Positions 9,764 to 20,680 are shown, numbered from the stretch's first letter. The stretch: 64,000 nt of DNA from Bacteroidota bacterium (GCA_012522045.1 JAAYLC010000198.1:1797-65796), one strand, 5' to 3'. The notes: a model not told the origin generated them from the sequence alone. A program made the numbers and translations.

Positions 9764-11116
9764 ATGTCCCAAGACATCAAGATTAAAAAAGGTCTTACTA
9801 TTAATTTAATAGGAGAAGCCGAAAAAAATCTTTCGGGAGCCCCCCGATCAAGAACTTTTGCTATCCGACCTGCTGAGTTTCATCTTCGGATTCCACGGAT
9901 GATGTTGAGAGAAGGCGATCGTGTTGAAGCCGGTCAACCCATTTTTCATGCTAAAGACGATGAATCCATAAAATTCGTATCCCCGGTAAGCGGCGTGTTG
10001 ACTAAAATTGAGCGAGGTGCAAAACGTGTGATTACACAATTGTTGATTGAGGCCGATCCCCAAGATACTTTTGTTGAACACGGTGCGCTTGATCCGAAAA
10101 CTGCATCTGCAGAAGCGATTAAAACAAGACTTTTAGAGTCCGGATGCTGGCCGTTTATTCAACAACGTCCTTATGCGATTATAGCCAATACGGAAGTGAT
10201 TCCACGTGATATTTTTATCTCCGGTTACAACTCGGCGCCCCTAGCAAATGATTTGGATTTCTCCCTCCAAGGAAAAGAAAGAGAGATTCAAGCAGCATTG
10301 ACGGCATTGAGTAAATTAACTTCAGGCAAAGTTCATGTCGGGATTCATAAAAATTCCAACGGGGTATTTAACGGAATGAATGATGTGGTCATACACCGAG
10401 TAAATGGACCGCATCCCGTAGGAAACGTAGGAACACAGATAAATAAAATAGCACCGGTCAATAAAGGAGAACTTATATGGACGGTGGCGGCTCAAGATTT
10501 GGTGATTATCGGCGAGTTGCTTTTAACCGGAAGGTTTAATGCCGAAAGAATAATAGCGTTGGCAGGATCGGAAGTGAAAAGTCCAAAATATTACCGTACA
10601 AAAATCGGTTCTGAAGTAGCTACTTTTGTATACGATTCCGGGATTAAAAACGAAAATGTGCGTGTTGTCAGTGGCGATGTGCTGACCGGTAAATCTGTCA
10701 CTTTAAAAGGGCATTTGGGATATTATGCAAATACGGTGACCGTAATCCCTGAAGGAGATGATTATGAATTGTTCGGATGGAACAAACCGGTTTTCGATAA
10801 AATATCAACGACAAGAGCATTGACTTTCTCTTGGCTGAATCCCAAGAAAAAGTATGATTTAGACACCAATACCAATGGAGAACATCGCGCTTTTGTAGTT
10901 ACCGGAAATTATGAAGAGGTTTTTCCGCTGGATATGTATCCGCTTCAAGTATTAAAAGCGTGTATGGTGAAAGACTTAGACGAAATGGAAGCTTTGGGAA
11001 TGTACGAAGTTGCTCCGGAAGATTTTTCGTTGACAGAATTTGTTTGTGTCAGTAAACAACCGCATCAAGAGATCATCAGAAATGGTCTTGATTTAATGTA
11101 TAAAGAAATAGGATAG
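9764..11116 (+). CDS. nqrA: Na+-translocating NADH:quinone oxidoreductase subunit A
   Basis: First gene of a six-gene nqr operon. I start it at ATG 9764 (MSQDIKIKKGL...); the track's TTG at 9704 adds 20 low-complexity residues. Confidence 0.9.
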   Translation: MSQDIKIKKGLTINLIGEAEKNLSGAPRSRTFAIRPAEFHLRIPRMMLREGDRVEAGQPIFHAKDDESIKFVSPVSGVLTKIERGAKRVITQLLIEADPQDTFVEHGALDPKTASAEAIKTRLLESGCWPFIQQRPYAIIANTEVIPRDIFISGYNSAPLANDLDFSLQGKEREIQAALTALSKLTSGKVHVGIHKNSNGVFNGMNDVVIHRVNGPHPVGNVGTQINKIAPVNKGELIWTVAAQDLVIIGELLLTGRFNAERIIALAGSEVKSPKYYRTKIGSEVATFVYDSGIKNENVRVVSGDVLTGKSVTLKGHLGYYANTVTVIPEGDDYELFGWNKPVFDKISTTRALTFSWLNPKKKYDLDTNTNGEHRAFVVTGNYEEVFPLDMYPLQVLKACMVKDLDEMEALGMYEVAPEDFSLTEFVCVSKQPHQEIIRNGLDLMYKEIG

Positions 11117-11120
11117 AATA

Positions 11121-12320
11121 ATGGGTTTAAAGCAAAATTTACATAAGCTTAAAGAAAAGTATGCCGGAACCAAAATGGCTCCTGCGTTTAACGCAATTCA
11201 TACTTTTTTGTACATGCCTAATGAAACAACACGTTCAGGTTCTCATATTCGTGCAGCAGACGATTTAAAGCGAGTCATGAATACGGTAATTATGGCATTG
11301 GTTCCCGTGTTGATTTTTGGAATATTCAATACAGGCTATCAACATTATGCCGCTTTTGATGAAAGTATGAGGCTTGCACCTCTTCAAAACTTCTTTACTT
11401 GGGATAATTTCATGCTCGGTTTGTGGACGGTTTTGCCTTTGGTGTTAGTCTCTTACGGAGTTGGATTGGCAATCGAATTTGTTTTTGCCGTTATCAACAA
11501 ACATGAAGTAGAAGAAGGGTATCTCGTGACCGGGATGCTCGTTCCACTGATTGTTCCTGTTGATATTCCTTTGTGGATGTTGGCAATAGCCGTTGCTTTT
11601 GGAGTGATTATCGGAAAAGAAGTTTTTGGAGGTACGGGGATGAACTTTTTAAATCCTGCTTTGACGATTCGTGCATTTTTGTTTTTTGCGTATCCGACTT
11701 GGATGAGTGGGGATAAAGTTTGGGTACATGGTGCACAAGAAATGGCAGGACAACCCGATGCTATTTCAGGAGAAACAATTCTTGGTAGTTTGGCTCAAAA
11801 TCAAGAAGTGGTGTACAGCCTATCCGATATGTTTTTTGGGTTTATTCCCGGTTCGATCGGAGAAACATCTACGTTCCTAATTTTATTGGGCGGACTGTTT
11901 TTAATTTTCACCAAAGTCGGAAGTTGGCGTATCATGCTTTCATCTGTTTTAGGAGTACTGGCCATGGGACTCATATTTAATTCGGTAGTAAATGCCGGAT
12001 GGATCACTCCCGGAAGTAATTTTTACAGTTTGATGAGCACTCCTTTCTGGCAACACTTGCTGTTGGGTGGAATGGCATTTGGTATTGTTTATATGGCGAC
12101 CGATCCGGTAACTGCGGCTCAAACCAATAAAGGAAAATGGATTTACGGCTTTTTTATAGGTTTTATCTCTATTATGATTCGCGTTTTCAATCCTGCGTAT
12201 CCGGAAGGAGTGATGCTGGCCATTTTATTTATGAACGTATTCGCTCCGACAATTGATCATTACGTAGTAAAAGGAAATATTAATAAACGTTTAAAACGTC
12301 TAAAAGTAAAAACAGCTTAA
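11121..12320 (+). CDS. nqrB: Na+-NQR subunit B
   Basis: Polytopic membrane protein, 399 aa, with ...DAISGETILGSL... and ATDPVTAAQT motifs. Position in the operon fits. Confidence 0.9.
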   Translation: MGLKQNLHKLKEKYAGTKMAPAFNAIHTFLYMPNETTRSGSHIRAADDLKRVMNTVIMALVPVLIFGIFNTGYQHYAAFDESMRLAPLQNFFTWDNFMLGLWTVLPLVLVSYGVGLAIEFVFAVINKHEVEEGYLVTGMLVPLIVPVDIPLWMLAIAVAFGVIIGKEVFGGTGMNFLNPALTIRAFLFFAYPTWMSGDKVWVHGAQEMAGQPDAISGETILGSLAQNQEVVYSLSDMFFGFIPGSIGETSTFLILLGGLFLIFTKVGSWRIMLSSVLGVLAMGLIFNSVVNAGWITPGSNFYSLMSTPFWQHLLLGGMAFGIVYMATDPVTAAQTNKGKWIYGFFIGFISIMIRVFNPAYPEGVMLAILFMNVFAPTIDHYVVKGNINKRLKRLKVKTA

Positions 12321-12322
12321 GA

Positions 12323-13084
12323 ATGTCAAAATTAACTGATAAAAACTCATATACCGTAATCTTTGCCATCATTATGGTAGTGGTTGTGGGCAGTCTGTTG
12401 GCAGGTGTTGCACAAACGCTAAAAGGAAGAATTTCCGAAAATGAGCGGTTTGAAAAACAACAGAACATACTTTATGCAATGGGAATAAATAACAATCAAG
12501 GAGCAACTGATGTCGCTTTTATTCCCGCCACTGAAGTTGCAGAAAAATTTGATACTTACATAAAAAAGCAAGTGGTGATTCAGGGAGATCAAATAACTGA
12601 AGATCCGGAGGCATTTCTTATCGACATCAAACAAGAAGCTTCAAAAGCAAAGGATGATCCAAATTATCAGCGAAGACTTCCAATGTTTATTGGGGAGAAA
12701 GATGGAAAGACCCTCTATATAGTCCCAATGCGTGGAAACGGACTTTGGGATGCCATCTGGGGATTTATGGCAATTGACGAAAACTTGAGAGTAGAAGGGG
12801 TGTTTTTTGATCACGCCGGGGAAACGCCGGGGTTGGGAGCAAACATAAAAGAACGTTTTTTTATGGATCCTTTTACAGGTGAAGAGTTGATGAGTAATGG
12901 AACTTTTAGAGGGGTTACCGTAGCCAAAGGAAACAACGATCCGCGGAATAACAGAAAAGACGACCATAGAGTTGATGCTATTGCCGGATCAACAATTACG
13001 GGAGACGGAGTTACTGCAATGATACGCAGAGATGTTGCAATGTATATTCCGCATATAAAGAAATTAATTAACGAACAGCAATAA
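12323..13084 (+). CDS. nqrC: Na+-NQR subunit C
   Basis: Single N-terminal TM helix and FMN-attachment-type motif DAIAGSTITGDGV. Position in the operon fits. Confidence 0.9.
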   Translation: MSKLTDKNSYTVIFAIIMVVVVGSLLAGVAQTLKGRISENERFEKQQNILYAMGINNNQGATDVAFIPATEVAEKFDTYIKKQVVIQGDQITEDPEAFLIDIKQEASKAKDDPNYQRRLPMFIGEKDGKTLYIVPMRGNGLWDAIWGFMAIDENLRVEGVFFDHAGETPGLGANIKERFFMDPFTGEELMSNGTFRGVTVAKGNNDPRNNRKDDHRVDAIAGSTITGDGVTAMIRRDVAMYIPHIKKLINEQQ

Positions 13085-13092
13085 ATAATAAT

Positions 13093-13737
13093 ATGGCACT
13101 TTTATCACGAAAAGAAAGAAATTTAGTGTTGGATCCGCTTACGGACGATAACCCTATTACAGTGCAAGTGTTGGGAATTTGTTCGGCGCTGGCAATTACC
13201 GCAGAATTAAAAGCTTCCGTAGTGATGGCTGTATCAGTAATTGCGGTGTTGGCAGTAGGGAATGTGGTTATTTCTTTACTGAGAAATGTTATTCCCAATA
13301 AAATTAGAATTATCGTTCAGCTGGTTGTTATTGCTGCACTTGTTATTTTAGTAGACTTGATTTTAAAAGCATTTGCCTTTGAATTGAGTAAACAGCTTTC
13401 AGTTTTTATCGGACTTATTATTACAAACTGTATTATTATGGGTCGTTTTGAAGCATTTGCTTTAGGAAATAACCCTTGGCACTCGTTCCTTGACGGTATC
13501 GGAAATGCCGGTGGATACGGACTCATATTGATAATCGTAGGTTTCTTTAGAGAATTATTAGGATTCGGGACGCTGTTTGGATATAAAGTACTTGGAGATC
13601 CGATAGAGAAAACCGGATTGTATGCGCTGGGGTATGAAAACAACGGTTTTATGGTGTTGTCACCCATGGCATTAATAGTGATAGGAATTATCATTTGGGT
13701 ACAGCGAATAAAAAACAAAGAACTTATTGAAGATTAG
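13093..13737 (+). CDS. nqrD: Na+-NQR subunit D
   Basis: 214-aa polytopic membrane protein (NPITVQVLGICSALA motif). Position in the operon fits. Confidence 0.9.
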   Translation: MALLSRKERNLVLDPLTDDNPITVQVLGICSALAITAELKASVVMAVSVIAVLAVGNVVISLLRNVIPNKIRIIVQLVVIAALVILVDLILKAFAFELSKQLSVFIGLIITNCIIMGRFEAFALGNNPWHSFLDGIGNAGGYGLILIIVGFFRELLGFGTLFGYKVLGDPIEKTGLYALGYENNGFMVLSPMALIVIGIIIWVQRIKNKELIED

Positions 13738-13785
13738 AGAAATCCGAATGAATAGTTCTAAAAAAACACATAACACAAACACATA

Positions 13786-14535
13786 ATGGAACACATTGAA
13801 TTATTTTTCAAGTCGATTTTTATAGACAATATGATATTTGCAACATTCCTCGGAATGTGCTCATATTTGGCTGTTTCTAAAAGAGTAGCAACCGCTGTAG
13901 GTTTGGGAGCTGCAGTAATTTTTGTACTAGCGGTTACTGTTCCTTTAAACTGGTTGCTCAATGAATATATCTTAAAAGACGGTGCACTTGTTTGGTTGGG
14001 GCCTGAATATGCTTCCTACGACCTGAGCTTTTTAACCTTCATTCTTTTTATTGCTACCATAGCAACTATGGTACAATTGGTTGAGATTGTCGTTGAAAAG
14101 TTTTCTCCGGGTCTCTATAATGCTTTAGGAATATTTTTGCCTTTAATCGCTGTAAACTGTGCCATCCTCGGTGGCTCGCTTTTTATGCAGGCTAGAGAAA
14201 TTCCCACGCTTGGACTGGCGTTGAACTATGGAATTAGTTCCGGAATCGGTTGGTTTTTGGCAATTTTGGCCATTGCTGCCATCCGTGAAAAAATCCGTTA
14301 CTCAAATGTGCCGGCACCTTTAAGAGGATTGGGAATTACCTTTATCATTACAGGATTAATGGCAATCGGATTTATGAGTTTCGGAGGAATGCTCACCGGA
14401 GGTGACGAAGGTGCTGAGGCATCAGAAATCGGTGCTCCTGTTATGGGCGTCGAAACCGAACAACTACAAAACGAGTCTAATAATACAGACAAAACAATTT
14501 CTGTTTTGGATAATCAAACCTTAACCAAAGAATAG
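13786..14535 (+). CDS. nqrE: Na+-NQR subunit E (with an extended C-terminal tail)
   Basis: Polytopic membrane protein homologous to NqrD ([20 protein letters not shown]). The last ~50 aa are hydrophilic and low-complexity. Confidence 0.85.
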   Translation: MEHIELFFKSIFIDNMIFATFLGMCSYLAVSKRVATAVGLGAAVIFVLAVTVPLNWLLNEYILKDGALVWLGPEYASYDLSFLTFILFIATIATMVQLVEIVVEKFSPGLYNALGIFLPLIAVNCAILGGSLFMQAREIPTLGLALNYGISSGIGWFLAILAIAAIREKIRYSNVPAPLRGLGITFIITGLMAIGFMSFGGMLTGGDEGAEASEIGAPVMGVETEQLQNESNNTDKTISVLDNQTLTKE

Positions 14536-14536
14536 T

Positions 14537-15850
14537 ATGTTTTTCTTAGAAATAAGCACGTTGGGAGTAATTACAATAACCGTTATATTCCTATTGGTTT
14601 TAACGTTGTTTCTCATTGCGATACTTTTGTTTACAAAAGAAAAGTTGTCGCCTTCAGGTCCCGTAAAAATTACAATAAATGACGAAAAAGTCATCGAAGT
14701 AAACAGTGGCGGAACCTTATTGTCAACACTAGGAAACGAAAAGATTTTTCTCCCTTCAGCATGTGGAGGCGGGGGAACTTGCATTCAATGTACTTGTGTC
14801 GTTTTAGAAGGGGGCGGCGCTCCATTGCCCACCGAAACCCCTCACTTTACAAGAAAAGAACTGCAAGAAGGCGTCCGTTTGAGTTGTCAGGTTCGCGTAA
14901 AACAAGATATGAATATCCGTATTCCGGAAGAAGTGTTCGGTATTAAAAAATGGGAAGCCGTGGTGGTACGAAATTACAACGTTGCTTCTTTCATTAAGGA
15001 ATTCGTCGTGGAAATTCCTGAAGATATGGACTACAAAGCCGGTGGATACATTCAAATTGAAATTCCTCCATGCGAAATAAAATATTCGGATATGGATATT
15101 ACCGCACATCCGGACGAACACGACGTTCCCGATAAATTCCAAGAAGAATGGGATAAATTCAAACTCTGGTCGTTGGTGATGAAAAACACAGAAACCGTTG
15201 AACGCGCCTATTCCATGGCATCATATCCTGCAGAAGGACGTGAAATTATGTTGAATGTGCGTGTGGCAACTCCACCATTTGACCGAGCTAAAGGCGGTTG
15301 GATGAATGTAAATCCCGGGATTGCTTCTTCCTACATCTTCAGCCTTAAAAAAGGAGATAAAGTTATCATTTCCGGACCTTTCGGAGAGTTCTTCATCAAT
15401 GAATCGGATGCGGAAATGTTGTATGTCGGAGGAGGTGCAGGAATGGCTCCGATGCGTTCACATTTGTACCACCTTTTCAAAACCTTAAAGACAGACAGAA
15501 AAGTTACGTATTGGTACGGAGGCCGTTCGAAAAGAGAATTGTTCTATATCGAACACTTTAGAGAATTGGAACGAAGTTTCCCTAACTTTAAATTCTATAT
15601 GGCGTTGTCTGAACCTTTGGAAGAAGACAATTGGAAAGTCAAAAAAGATATCAATGACGAAGAAGGCGACGGATTCGTTGGGTTTATTCACCAAGTAGTA
15701 ATTGACAATTATCTGAATCATCACGAAACGCCTGAAGATATTGAACTCTATTTCTGCGGACCGCCACTTATGAACGAAGCGGTTCAGAAAATGGGAGAAG
15801 ACTTTGGAATCCCGGATGAAAACATTCGATTCGACGATTTCGGATCTTAA
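14537..15850 (+). CDS. nqrF: Na+-NQR subunit F
   Basis: N-terminal TM helix, 2Fe-2S motif [13 protein letters not shown] motif RAYSMASYP, and NAD motif [12 protein letters not shown]. Confidence 0.95.
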   Translation: MFFLEISTLGVITITVIFLLVLTLFLIAILLFTKEKLSPSGPVKITINDEKVIEVNSGGTLLSTLGNEKIFLPSACGGGGTCIQCTCVVLEGGGAPLPTETPHFTRKELQEGVRLSCQVRVKQDMNIRIPEEVFGIKKWEAVVVRNYNVASFIKEFVVEIPEDMDYKAGGYIQIEIPPCEIKYSDMDITAHPDEHDVPDKFQEEWDKFKLWSLVMKNTETVERAYSMASYPAEGREIMLNVRVATPPFDRAKGGWMNVNPGIASSYIFSLKKGDKVIISGPFGEFFINESDAEMLYVGGGAGMAPMRSHLYHLFKTLKTDRKVTYWYGGRSKRELFYIEHFRELERSFPNFKFYMALSEPLEEDNWKVKKDINDEEGDGFVGFIHQVVIDNYLNHHETPEDIELYFCGPPLMNEAVQKMGEDFGIPDENIRFDDFGS

Positions 15851-15866
15851 AAATTATTAATTATTT

Positions 15867-15900
15867 GAAAACCGCTTCTGTTTATTGAAGCGGTTTTTTT
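15867..15900 (+). terminator. rho-independent terminator-like hairpin after nqrF
   Basis: Stem GAAAACCGCTTC (15867-15878) pairs with GAAGCGGTTTT (15887-15897), followed by a T-run. Confidence 0.6.
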
Positions 15901-15938
15901 ATTTTACCATAAATTTAATCATCAGATTTTTATGTATA

Positions 15939-16301
15939 ATGAAAGAGAAATTAACAAAACAAGAACTCCATAATCTCGCCATGAACATTGTGGGGAAAAA
16001 ATTGGAAGAAGAAGGCTATGAATTTTTGGGAGTCAATTCACAATTAAAAAGAGATCCGCAGTTTGTCGTTTTAAAAGAGAAAAAAATATCTTTTATAGTA
16101 GTCAGGGCCATTGCGTATCCCGATCCTATTGACGATTATGACAAAGCCCTGTTGGAACGCATCCGCAAACACGCCGAAAAATTTGAAGCACGAACGTTTT
16201 ATGCGGGAGTGGGCCTTGGTCACGGCGATGATTACGAACAGCCGGTCATTAAAGACGAAGATTTTTCATTGATGTACAACGGATTAATTGAAATTAAATG
16301 A
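15939..16301 (+). CDS. small cytoplasmic hypothetical protein, translationally coupled to apbE
   Basis: The track's TTG start at 15885 lies inside the terminator hairpin, so ATG 15939 (MKEKLTKQEL...) is more plausible. Its TGA stop overlaps the apbE ATG as ATGA at 16298-16301. Confidence 0.55.
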   Translation: MKEKLTKQELHNLAMNIVGKKLEEEGYEFLGVNSQLKRDPQFVVLKEKKISFIVVRAIAYPDPIDDYDKALLERIRKHAEKFEARTFYAGVGLGHGDDYEQPVIKDEDFSLMYNGLIEIK

Positions 16302-17305
16302 AAAAAATCCTGTTGGCATTCTTTTCCGTTTTTCTGTTAAGTTGCACCCAACAAAATGAGAAACTTCAAGCTATCGAAGGACTGGCTTTTGGAACGACTT
16401 ATCACATTCAGTATTACGGATCAGCTCCGGAGGAGATTCAAAAAGGGGTTGATTCGGTGATTGATGCCATTAATCAGTCGGCAAGCACTTATATAAAAAA
16501 CAGCGATATTTCCAGAATCAATAATGGTGATTCAACAGTGGTGGTGGATGCGTTTTTTAAAGAGGTCTTTAAATTATCAGACAGAATTCATAAAGAATCC
16601 CAAGGTTTTTTTGATCCGACAGTCGGCGTGTTACGCAATGCTTACGGTTTTGGAGAAGAGAACCCGTTGATGAATTTGGATACGCAAACTTTAGATTCCT
16701 TGATGAAATTTGTCGGTTTTCACAAAGTACGCCTGAATGACAACGGAACAATTTTTAAAGAATCTCCCGAAATTTATATTGATTTCAATGCCATTGCCAA
16801 AGGTGCCGGAGTAGATTATGTGGGAAAATATCTCGATTCTAAAGACCTAACCGATTACTTGATTGAAATCGGTGGAGAAATCCTTGCCAAAGGACAGAAT
16901 AAAAACAAGAACAGCAAATGGACAGTGGGCATTGAAAAACCGGATTCCGAGTTGACAGACCGAAGTTATGAAGCTGCCATTCAACTCGAAAATCAAGCGC
17001 TGGCCGCGTCCGGAAATTATCGAAAATTCAGAGTTGATGAAACGACGGGAAAAAAATATGTTCACACCATCAATCCCTTGACAGGTTCAGCCGAAATGAG
17101 TGATGTGACAAGTGCTACGGTCGTCGCCAAAACGTGTGCCGAAGCCGATGCATATGCCACAGCCTTGATGGCGATGGGCTTTGAAAAAGCAAAGAAATTG
17201 TTGTCGGAAAACAATAAAATCGATGCGTATCTTACCTATCTAAATGAAGACGGAACCCAGCAGGTTTATATGACCAATGGTTTTAGAAACTTGCTTGTAA
17301 AATGA
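16298..17305 (+). CDS. apbE: FAD:protein FMN transferase (ApbE family) lipoprotein
   Basis: Lipobox FLLSC plus ApbE motifs AIAKGAGVDYV and ASGNYRKF. Located after the nqr operon, whose B and C subunits need flavinylation. Confidence 0.85.
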   Translation: MKKILLAFFSVFLLSCTQQNEKLQAIEGLAFGTTYHIQYYGSAPEEIQKGVDSVIDAINQSASTYIKNSDISRINNGDSTVVVDAFFKEVFKLSDRIHKESQGFFDPTVGVLRNAYGFGEENPLMNLDTQTLDSLMKFVGFHKVRLNDNGTIFKESPEIYIDFNAIAKGAGVDYVGKYLDSKDLTDYLIEIGGEILAKGQNKNKNSKWTVGIEKPDSELTDRSYEAAIQLENQALAASGNYRKFRVDETTGKKYVHTINPLTGSAEMSDVTSATVVAKTCAEADAYATALMAMGFEKAKKLLSENNKIDAYLTYLNEDGTQQVYMTNGFRNLLVK

Positions 17306-17392
17306 TTTTGCTTATAAAATTCAGCGTTTTCCTCGGTCTTGTTTGAATTGTCATAAAAAGCAAGGCCCATTTTAATTTAAGAATGGGTTCAG

Positions 17393-17400
17393 TACCTTTG
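17393..17400 (+). promoter_or_regulatory. TAnnTTTG -7 element upstream of recR
   Basis: TACCTTTG within TACCTTTGCACAAGA, 16 nt before the ATG. Confidence 0.4.
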
Positions 17401-17416
17401 CACAAGAATTTAATGT

Positions 17417-18037
17417 ATGGAATTTTCATCTAAATTAATAGAAAAAGCCGTTGATGAAATGGCGCAGTTTCCGGGGGTGGGTAAAAGAACGGCACTTCGA
17501 TTGATACTGCATTTGCTTAAACAACCCAAGGAACACACGACAAGTTTGGTAACTGCACTCCAAAAAATGCGGGAAGAAATAAAATTTTGTGCAAGTTGCT
17601 ACAATATCAGCGATACCGATGTATGTGAAATCTGTGTCAATGCTTCAAGAGACAAAACCCTTATTTGTGTGGTTGAGGACATTCGTGATGTGATGGCAAT
17701 TGAAAATACAGGGCAATACCGAGGAATGTACCATGTTTTGGGTGGGAAAATATCTCCGATAGAAGGAATCGGACCGGATGATCTGACCATTGAATCTTTA
17801 ATTGACAAAGTCCAAACCGGAGCAGTGAAAGAACTGGTTTTTGCACTGAGTTCGACTATCGAAGGTGATACTACCAATTTCTATATATTCAGACGAATAG
17901 AAAATTGCAAGATTAAAATAACAACCATTGCGCGTGGAATAGCTGTGGGCGATGAGTTGGAATATGCCGATGAAATTACGTTGGGAAGAAGTATCTTGCA
18001 TCGCATTCCTTTTGAATCTTCACTAAAAAGCACATAA
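17417..18037 (+). CDS. recR: recombination protein RecR
   Basis: HhH motif ([12 protein letters not shown]), Cys4 zinc finger [16 protein letters not shown], and Toprim [12 protein letters not shown]. Confidence 0.95.
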   Translation: MEFSSKLIEKAVDEMAQFPGVGKRTALRLILHLLKQPKEHTTSLVTALQKMREEIKFCASCYNISDTDVCEICVNASRDKTLICVVEDIRDVMAIENTGQYRGMYHVLGGKISPIEGIGPDDLTIESLIDKVQTGAVKELVFALSSTIEGDTTNFYIFRRIENCKIKITTIARGIAVGDELEYADEITLGRSILHRIPFESSLKST

Positions 18038-18039
18038 GG

Positions 18040-19152
18040 TTGGAACTTTCCGTTGTCATTCTCAACTATAACGTTCGCTATTTTCTGGAACAGTGTCTTC
18101 GCTCCGTTCAGGAAGCCATCCGTAATCTCGAGGCGGAAATCATCGTAATTGACAATGCTTCTTCCGATGAAAGTGGCAGCATGGTTGCTTCGCTGTTTCC
18201 TGAAGTGATTTACATTCAAAATACAGAGAATGTCGGTTTTAGCAAAGCAAACAACCAAGCAGTTGAGAAAGCGAAAGGCAACTATCTTTGCATTCTCAAT
18301 CCCGATACGGCAGTGGCGGAAGACACATTTGTCAAAGCATTGAATTATTATAAAAAAACACCGGGAATAGGAAGTTTGGGCGTGCGTTTAATGGACGGCA
18401 CCGGAAGTTTTTTACCGGAAAGCAAAAGAAATTTACCCACCCCGTGGGTTTCGCTGCAAAAATTAATGGGACGCGGCGGAAATTATTATGCTTCCTACAT
18501 TTCGGAATTTGAAAATGGAAAAGTTCCTGTCTTGGTAGGAGCTTTTATGTTGATGACAAAAGAAATTTACGAAGTCGTAGGCGGTTTTGACGAAGATTAT
18601 TTTATGTATGGCGAAGACATTGACTTGTCTTATAAAATTGAAAAAGCAGGCTATGTGAATCACTATTACGGTCAAACTACCGTGTTGCATTACAAAGGCG
18701 AGAGCACCCAACGAAACGCTGCTTATTTTGATCGATTTTATGGGGCGATGGAGATTTTTTACGACAAGCATTTTAAGAAAAATATCTTGTTGGAAAAAGT
18801 GGTGAGTTCGGGGGTTAAACTCGCAAAGTGGAAAAATAAAAATTTAAAATCTGAAAAAGTAAAATCATTGCCACCACTTCAAGCATATTATATTGTTTCT
18901 GACAATTCCGAGCTTATACTCCGTCTCGAGAAGCTTTTAAAAGTAAAATTTGCGGATTTTCCCCATGCGTTTGATTCTGTTCAGAACAGTATGATTGTCT
19001 TTGATGCGGATTCTATACCATACAGTCGTATTTTTGAAGTCATGCATGCACTTGGTGGTAAGAACAATCGATTCAGAATTCGACCAAAAGCTGCCAATTT
19101 TATCATAGGAAGCGACAGAAGCGATGAAAAAGGGATGGTTTTGACATTTTAA
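18040..19152 (+). CDS. glycosyltransferase family 2
   Basis: TTG start. GT2 motifs VVILNYNVRYFLEQCL, IVIDNASSD and GEDIDLSYK. Confidence 0.8.
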   Translation: MELSVVILNYNVRYFLEQCLRSVQEAIRNLEAEIIVIDNASSDESGSMVASLFPEVIYIQNTENVGFSKANNQAVEKAKGNYLCILNPDTAVAEDTFVKALNYYKKTPGIGSLGVRLMDGTGSFLPESKRNLPTPWVSLQKLMGRGGNYYASYISEFENGKVPVLVGAFMLMTKEIYEVVGGFDEDYFMYGEDIDLSYKIEKAGYVNHYYGQTTVLHYKGESTQRNAAYFDRFYGAMEIFYDKHFKKNILLEKVVSSGVKLAKWKNKNLKSEKVKSLPPLQAYYIVSDNSELILRLEKLLKVKFADFPHAFDSVQNSMIVFDADSIPYSRIFEVMHALGGKNNRFRIRPKAANFIIGSDRSDEKGMVLTF

Positions 19153-19297
19153 TAAATTTGAATTCTGATAACGAACAAATATTGATTAATTTTGCAAACC
19201 TTTGAAGTTGTAAATTAATAAACCAGAAGAGTATTTATTCTCTTAAAATCTGAAAGCAAAATCGCAAAGGCGAGCTAAATATAAAGGACATTTAATT

Positions 19298-20620
19298 ATG
19301 GCAAAATTTGAATTAAAATTACCTAAAATGGGAGAGAGTGTGGCAGAAGCGACACTGACAACATGGCTTAAAGAAGTAGGCGATACGATTGAACTCGACG
19401 AACCGGTTCTGGAAATCGCAACCGACAAAGTGGACAGTGAAGTTCCCAGTGAAGTTGAAGGCGTTTTGGTAGAAAAATTATTTGAGGTGGATGATGTAAT
19501 TCAAGTGGGACAAACCATTGCCATAATTGAAACAGATTCACAAGTGGCAACTGAAGACACTCCGGTTGCCGAGGTTGCACAAGCTGCAGCGCCGTCTGCT
19601 GAAGTTTTAAAAGAAGTCGAAGGAAGAGTTGACGCAGCAAAAGACACTGCCGATACAAAAATCGAAAGTTCTGAAGGACGTTTTTATTCTCCGTTGGTTA
19701 AAAATATTGCCGCTACCGAAGGAATTTCTCAGAGTGAATTAGACAGCATTGCCGGCACCGGAAAAGATGGACGTGTTACCAAGAACGATATCTTGTCCTA
19801 CGTTAAAACCCGTCAATCTCAACCGCAAGCAGCACAAACTTCCACATCGCAAGCAACGCCGGAACCAAAAGCAGCAGCTCCGGTTACCAAAACACCCATC
19901 AGCATTAGCGGAGAAGATGAGATTATCGAAATGACGCGTATGGGCAAACTGATTTCACAACACATGACCTCCAGTGTGGCTACTTCAGCTCACGTACAGT
20001 CGTTTGTAGAGTGTGATGTAACCAACATCTGGAATTGGAGAAACAAGCACAAAGCAGCATTTGAAAAGCGAGAAGGGGAGAAGCTGACTTTTACACCTAT
20101 TTTTATGGAAGCCGTAGCAAAAGCGTTGCGTGATTTCCCGATGATGAATATTTCGGTAGATGGTGATAAAATCATTAAAAGAGGAAATATTAACCTCGGA
20201 ATGGCAGCAGCATTGGCGGATGGGAATTTGATTGTGCCCGTGATTAAAAATGCCGATCGCTTAAATTTATTGGGAATGGCAAAAGCTGTAAATGATCTTG
20301 CCCATCGCGCGCGAAACAACAAATTAAAACCCGATGAAATTCAAGGGGGCACGTATACGGTTACCAACGTTGGAACCTTTGGCAGCATTATGGGTACGCC
20401 CATTATCAATCAGCCGCAAGTAGGAATTCTCGCGTTGGGAGCCATCCGTAAAGTTCCTGCTGTCATCGAAACTCCTGAAGGTGATTTTATCGGAATTCGT
20501 TACAAAATGTTCTTATCACACAGTTATGACCACCGTGTGGTAAACGGAGCCTTGGGCGGGCAATTTGTGCAGCGTGTTGCAGATTATCTCGAAGCTTGGG
20601 ATATGAATACGACTGTGTGA
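19298..20620 (+). CDS. 2-oxo-acid dehydrogenase E2 component (dihydrolipoamide acyltransferase)
   Basis: Lipoyl domain with ATDKVDSEV, an Ala/Pro-rich linker, and catalytic SHSYDHRVVNGALGG. Confidence 0.85.
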   Translation: MAKFELKLPKMGESVAEATLTTWLKEVGDTIELDEPVLEIATDKVDSEVPSEVEGVLVEKLFEVDDVIQVGQTIAIIETDSQVATEDTPVAEVAQAAAPSAEVLKEVEGRVDAAKDTADTKIESSEGRFYSPLVKNIAATEGISQSELDSIAGTGKDGRVTKNDILSYVKTRQSQPQAAQTSTSQATPEPKAAAPVTKTPISISGEDEIIEMTRMGKLISQHMTSSVATSAHVQSFVECDVTNIWNWRNKHKAAFEKREGEKLTFTPIFMEAVAKALRDFPMMNISVDGDKIIKRGNINLGMAAALADGNLIVPVIKNADRLNLLGMAKAVNDLAHRARNNKLKPDEIQGGTYTVTNVGTFGSIMGTPIINQPQVGILALGAIRKVPAVIETPEGDFIGIRYKMFLSHSYDHRVVNGALGGQFVQRVADYLEAWDMNTTV

Positions 20621-20648
20621 AACACACACACCACCATAATTAAAATTT

Positions 20649-20680
20649 AAGGGAATCGACAACCTCGATTCCCTTTCTTA
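20649..20680 (+). terminator. hairpin terminator after the E2 gene
   Basis: AAGGGAATCGA (20649-20659) pairs with TCGATTCCCTT (20665-20675), followed by a T-rich tail. Confidence 0.6.

Noticed and set aside
13317-13718. 133-aa ORF antisense to nqrD
   Set aside because: It is completely contained within a well-supported gene on the other strand and has low-complexity composition. It is a typical shadow ORF. The same applies to 36757-37233 (antisense to fsa) and 50029-50391 (antisense to wzt).
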